Below, in pieces: positions 60,409 through 64,000 of a DNA stretch of 64,000 nucleotides; position 1 is the first letter of the stretch; each line of letters opens with the position of its first letter. The stretch lies in the sequence record MK250028.1; one strand, 5' to 3'. Below the pieces are notes generated by a model, which was given only the letters and a program-made list of their open reading frames with translations, made no database searches and was not told where the DNA came from. The translations under genes were made by a program, and so were the position numbers.

Positions 60409-61221
60409 TCATTTTATTGGAATTTTTGATGTTTTTTCAAAGATTTTTCTATTGTTTTCATCATTAAGTATATACCCACTGTGAATAACAAATTTATCTC
60501 TATCAAACTCCCCATATTCATCTGATTTCATATGAACAGTTTCCTTATATACAAATCTTCCATATTTCTTTCCATCATCAAATGTATTCCAATCAATATC
60601 AGTTGATTCTTTCAAAATATCTATAAGTTCATCTGCTTTCTTTGATGTACATTCCTTATGTGACAAATAAGTTCTTACTGTTTGTTGCTTGCTGTTTCTT
60701 ATACAATCAAGTTGTCTATATAAGAACCATGTATAAACATCATTATATGATGGAACATTCCATGCTTTACAATCGAACTCATGTAATTTTATATTATTAA
60801 TAATATCAATAAGTTCAAATTTACTGAATTGCTCTTTACATGTTCTATTAATTGCTTCAATAATCATTAATTGATTAAACTTAGATGTTGCCATTGATGC
60901 ACATAGTGGTAATATCTTCTCCAATCTATAACCAAAAAATGAATCTGTTTCTGGTGTATCAAAATCTGTAATAGCAAGAGATATTTCATCTGATTGAACA
61001 TATGCAAATTTACATCCTTGTATACATTCACATAAATATCTTGCGGTTTCATTCATAATATTAATGAATGTATCATCAAATGGTTTCTTGAAATATTTTT
61101 TAATAGTTGATGAAAATGATCTACCGTCTAACATAACCATTACATAACTATTTGGCATTAACTTATAATCTGTTAAACCACGAAGATATAACATTCTATC
61201 TTCAATATTCTTAAATTTCAT
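60409..61221 (-). CDS. Thg1-like 3'-5' nucleotidyltransferase (tRNA-His guanylyltransferase family)
   Basis: MLDGRSFS, KPFD, YVQSDEISL, FDCKAW, RQLDCIRNS; start ATG 61221. Confidence 0.9.
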   Translation of the reverse strand: MKFKNIEDRMLYLRGLTDYKLMPNSYVMVMLDGRSFSSTIKKYFKKPFDDTFINIMNETARYLCECIQGCKFAYVQSDEISLAITDFDTPETDSFFGYRLEKILPLCASMATSKFNQLMIIEAINRTCKEQFSKFELIDIINNIKLHEFDCKAWNVPSYNDVYTWFLYRQLDCIRNSKQQTVRTYLSHKECTSKKADELIDILKESTDIDWNTFDDGKKYGRFVYKETVHMKSDEYGEFDRDKFVIHSGYILNDENNRKIFEKTSKIPIK

Positions 61222-61308
61222 AATTATACAAATATAATAAAAGGATATTATCAAATAAATCAAATATTTGGTAATATCCTCATGTTATTAAAAATTAAAT
61301 ATTCATTA

Positions 61309-61545
61309 TTAATATACAAATTGAATCTTTGATTCCGCCATATTTGTGATACGCCATGAGAACATAGTACCACTCATCTGCTCTGTTACCTTATGTTCAC
61401 AATTTGTAACATTTGTAGCCTCAACAAGATGCACTTCCTTAATTTTCTTAGGCTTACCATTATCTGGATTTTCTCCATCAATAACAACAGTACACATATA
61501 GAACTTATTGCCTTCTGATGGTTGCATTACTTTCATGTCTTCCAT
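61309..61545 (-). CDS. Hypothetical protein (DUF4494-like)
   Basis: GKPKKIKE.HLVEA pattern; family call from memory. Confidence 0.6.
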   Translation of the reverse strand: MEDMKVMQPSEGNKFYMCTVVIDGENPDNGKPKKIKEVHLVEATNVTNCEHKVTEQMSGTMFSWRITNMAESKIQFVY

Positions 61546-61740
61546 AAATTAAACAATTAAATTTGATTTTTTACTTCTTGCTTATCCTTCTTAGTTTTAG
61601 TTTTTAAATTAATTATTTTTAAAAACCTATGTTTCTTGTTTCATAGACACACTACTTTTTAGTATAGTTATTATTTATAACTTCTGTCATCCATAGTTAG
61701 TATCTCCACAAGCGTAAATTCGGTAAAACTCAACCCTATT

Positions 61741-62055
61741 TTAAACTATTAAATTTAATTTTTTCTCTTCTTGCTTATCATTTTTATCCTTCATATTCTT
61801 TCTACTTTCAAAAAGTTTCTTATCATATGGACTTAATTCCCTACAATTAGCACATATAAAAACTTTCAATGGAACTTGTGTAGTTTCTGAACCTTGACCA
61901 ATAAGCATACCAGGAACTTTCTTAAAAATAATACCAGGTATAAAAACCTCACATCCACAATTTGGACATACTTCTGAAGGATAATCTAACGGATTTACCG
62001 CTGGCATATTTGCATTAGTACCAGCGGCATTTCCAAATAGTTTGCTATTTTCCAT
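61741..62055 (-). CDS. Zn-ribbon hypothetical protein
   Basis: CPNCG..CANC. Confidence 0.7.
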   Translation of the reverse strand: MENSKLFGNAAGTNANMPAVNPLDYPSEVCPNCGCEVFIPGIIFKKVPGMLIGQGSETTQVPLKVFICANCRELSPYDKKLFESRKNMKDKNDKQEEKKLNLIV

Positions 62056-63164
62056 TAGTCAACTTTATTCTCTTCTTTTTCTGCATCAGCTGCAGCTTCT
62101 TCAGCCTCACGACGTGCAATAACAGCATCACGTTCATCAGATGGCACATCTGACAAAATTACACGATTCTTCTCAATCTTATGTACATATACCTGTACAT
62201 TTGCACCTGCAGGAATTTCATTATTTCTCATTGCCTCGCGAGTCTCATCCTTTACAAGTGTCTTATGCAACATACCTGTAATAAACTCGTCAAGCTCGAC
62301 GAACACACCAAATGAGGTTGTACCTGTTACTTTACCCTCAAATACATGGTCCTTATCATTCTCCAACAAATCCTCAAGTTCACGAAGCTTGACTGGAAGC
62401 ATTGTTCTCAAGAACTTCTTACGTGATACAACAAAACCATAATTTGGATCATAAGATTCAATCATAACCTCAAACTTAGTACCAACCATGCTCTCAAAAT
62501 CAGTTACACGGTTAGCTGCTGCCATTGAACCAGGCATAAATGCCTTAACCGTATTCATAATATCAACAACAAATCCACCCTTATTAGTAGACAAAATTGT
62601 TGCGTAATATGCCTTAGACTTCTTGGTAATCTGTTCCTTCATCTCTCTCTCAAGAGTTTCAACATAACCATTCCAGATAGATGCCTTCTCAACATCACCC
62701 TCTGTAATCTTAGCATTCAAATCCATACCAAGAAGTTGTTCCTTAAACTTAGGATCCTTCAATGCGGTTACAAACATATCCTTATCCATTGTCTTATCAT
62801 CACCGACATTGAACTGATTAAAGAACTGATGTTCCTTATTAAGATCAACGATAACATTGTTAGAACCACCATTAATTGTCAACATCAATGTATCATCATC
62901 AATAGGATCAATATCAGAAATATGCACAAGTGCATTCTTAACAAGTTCCTTACTACCAATTACATGAACATTTGCATATGCATCATACAAATCCTGTGCA
63001 TAAGATTCATGACTATAAACTTTCTCGTTATTCTTTGTCTTAATATTCTTATTTACCTTAAGTGAAGTACCATTCCATCCATCATCATATGGACTCCAAT
63101 CAAATGAACCCGGTGTTGGTTCGCCCCATTCATAACGTTGGGTCAACTCATTAAATTTCGCCAT
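62055..63164 (-). CDS. Ribosomal protein S1-like protein
   Basis: S1 repeats NKGGFVVDI..AFMPGS and GKVTGTTSFGVFVEL..GMLH. Confidence 0.85.
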   Translation of the reverse strand: MAKFNELTQRYEWGEPTPGSFDWSPYDDGWNGTSLKVNKNIKTKNNEKVYSHESYAQDLYDAYANVHVIGSKELVKNALVHISDIDPIDDDTLMLTINGGSNNVIVDLNKEHQFFNQFNVGDDKTMDKDMFVTALKDPKFKEQLLGMDLNAKITEGDVEKASIWNGYVETLEREMKEQITKKSKAYYATILSTNKGGFVVDIMNTVKAFMPGSMAAANRVTDFESMVGTKFEVMIESYDPNYGFVVSRKKFLRTMLPVKLRELEDLLENDKDHVFEGKVTGTTSFGVFVELDEFITGMLHKTLVKDETREAMRNNEIPAGANVQVYVHKIEKNRVILSDVPSDERDAVIARREAEEAAADAEKEENKVD

Positions 63165-63233
63165 TAAATATTCGTTTTTAAAAAATTAAACTTAAAATTA
63201 TCAAAAATTAAAAATTATTAAATATTAAATTAA

Positions 63234-64000
63234 TTACTGTTGTACTGTTGAAAGAACAGTAAATGATGTTTGATCAGTTGATTCAATTCTTACCTTTTGC
63301 TTTGAATCATTAGGTAATGTAATAATAATACTCTCTGCATCACCTTTAAGATTTACTGCTGTAAAGAAATTACTTCTGTAAATAGGTATTGCATTTTCTG
63401 CACCTGTACCATCTTTCAAGAAACCAAGCAAATAATCATAAGATTCATTTGTATCATCATACGCATAAAGTGCCCATTTGCCTGTACCTTCATCAATCTT
63501 TGTATAGAACTTAATAATATCTTTCTTTGCATCTGTAACAAAAATAGAAGAAATATTAGTAAGATTCTTCAATACATTCATTGAAATCTCAAATGACATA
63601 GGATTTGCAATAACATTAATTCTATCAAAGAAAAGTTCATCTGATACTTGTTCAAACTCAGATATATTGCAATCCTTTACCTTCATTGTATTTGTACGAG
63701 ATTTAAGTCTAATAGACTGTGCATGGAACTCATCTCCTACATGTCCCTTATAAACATCAAAATCTACATTCAATTGAAAATCTGTATCCTTGAAAATATC
63801 GATAACGGAAATAAATCGTGGAAGAATCATAAAGATACCAATCTTAATTCTTACATTATATTTCTCATTCCATTCATCAAGAGAATATGCAACATTATCA
63901 TTATCTCTGATATTCAAAATTTCCAATCCAGCATTTTCAAAAGAAATCTTTGCATATTTAACTACAGTATGATCTGCAGTAAAACCCTTTGAAACAAAGC
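63234..64000 (-). CDS. Hypothetical protein, 5' end outside the window (possibly sliding-clamp-like)
   Basis: Frame open to the window edge; function guessed only from context. Confidence 0.6.
   Translation of the reverse strand, partial: FVSKGFTADHTVVKYAKISFENAGLEILNIRDNDNVAYSLDEWNEKYNVRIKIGIFMILPRFISVIDIFKDTDFQLNVDFDVYKGHVGDEFHAQSIRLKSRTNTMKVKDCNISEFEQVSDELFFDRINVIANPMSFEISMNVLKNLTNISSIFVTDAKKDIIKFYTKIDEGTGKWALYAYDDTNESYDYLLGFLKDGTGAENAIPIYRSNFFTAVNLKGDAESIIITLPNDSKQKVRIESTDQTSFTVLSTVQQ

Larger units (their letters stand above)
1..64000. other. Segment of a Lak-like megaphage genome using genetic code 15 (TAG=Gln), probable Bacteroidota (Prevotella-like) host
   Basis: In-frame TAG at conserved Gln positions (nrdD FFQ[TAG]VVYS and RGL[TAG]SA; GIY-YIG YIG[TAG]T). 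Genes checked end in TAA/TGA. T4-like tail tube and helicase, large tRNA array, TATCTTTG promoters. The Lak assignment is inference from this combination. Confidence 0.8.

Noticed and set aside
10462-63992. Numerous 60-115 aa ORFs antisense or out of frame to longer genes
   Set aside because: Shadow ORFs with I/F/L/N-rich composition typical of AT-rich reverse frames; 28316-28510 is the shadow of the real lipoprotein
1-64000. CRISPR array, rRNA, integrase or transposase
   Set aside because: No regularly spaced repeats or such genes seen

Overview
AT-rich segment (roughly a quarter GC, by eye) of a very large phage that reads TAG as Gln (code 15). It is most consistent with a Lak-type megaphage of a Prevotella/Bacteroidota host: TAnnTTTG promoters, Bacteroidota-like HtpG and NrdD, and tRNA-rich. 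Positions 1-33.7 kb are mostly + strand and contain four blocks. (1) A tRNA/ncRNA array (about 0.1-9.2 kb plus 13.8-14.4 kb) with 20 recognisable tRNA genes, several over-sized tRNA-like RNAs and four free-standing endonuclease genes. (2) An operon with an RNA ligase plus HisG-, NMP kinase-, RdgB-, CoaD- and PurC-like genes. (3) Many hypothetical genes. (4) A tail/baseplate block: tail tube, NlpC/P60, lysozyme, and hub fused to an M15 peptidase. Positions 33.7-64 kb are - strand. They carry nrdD split by five group I introns and a mini-intein, phosphoesterases, SPFH, htpG, telA, a CNNM protein, a LAGLIDADG endonuclease, a second RNA ligase, a DnaB-like helicase, a Thg1-like protein and an S1-like protein. 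The top candidate new system is a pair of anticodon-loop inserts, in tRNA-Phe (86 nt) and tRNA-Asn (141 nt). They are neither group I nor BHB introns. Both share one architecture: 3 nt, a 4-bp hairpin, an A/T linker, then a nested tRNA-like acceptor/T-arm domain whose 3' end (N-C) is exactly the inferred 3' splice junction. All canonical array tRNAs likewise end in N73-C74 without CCA, and the window encodes two RNA ligases, a Thg1-like protein and a nucleotidyltransferase. The second candidate is the HisG/PurC/CoaD/RdgB/kinase operon as an unknown nucleotide-modification pathway. All calls were made by eye; no database searches or folding programs were run.
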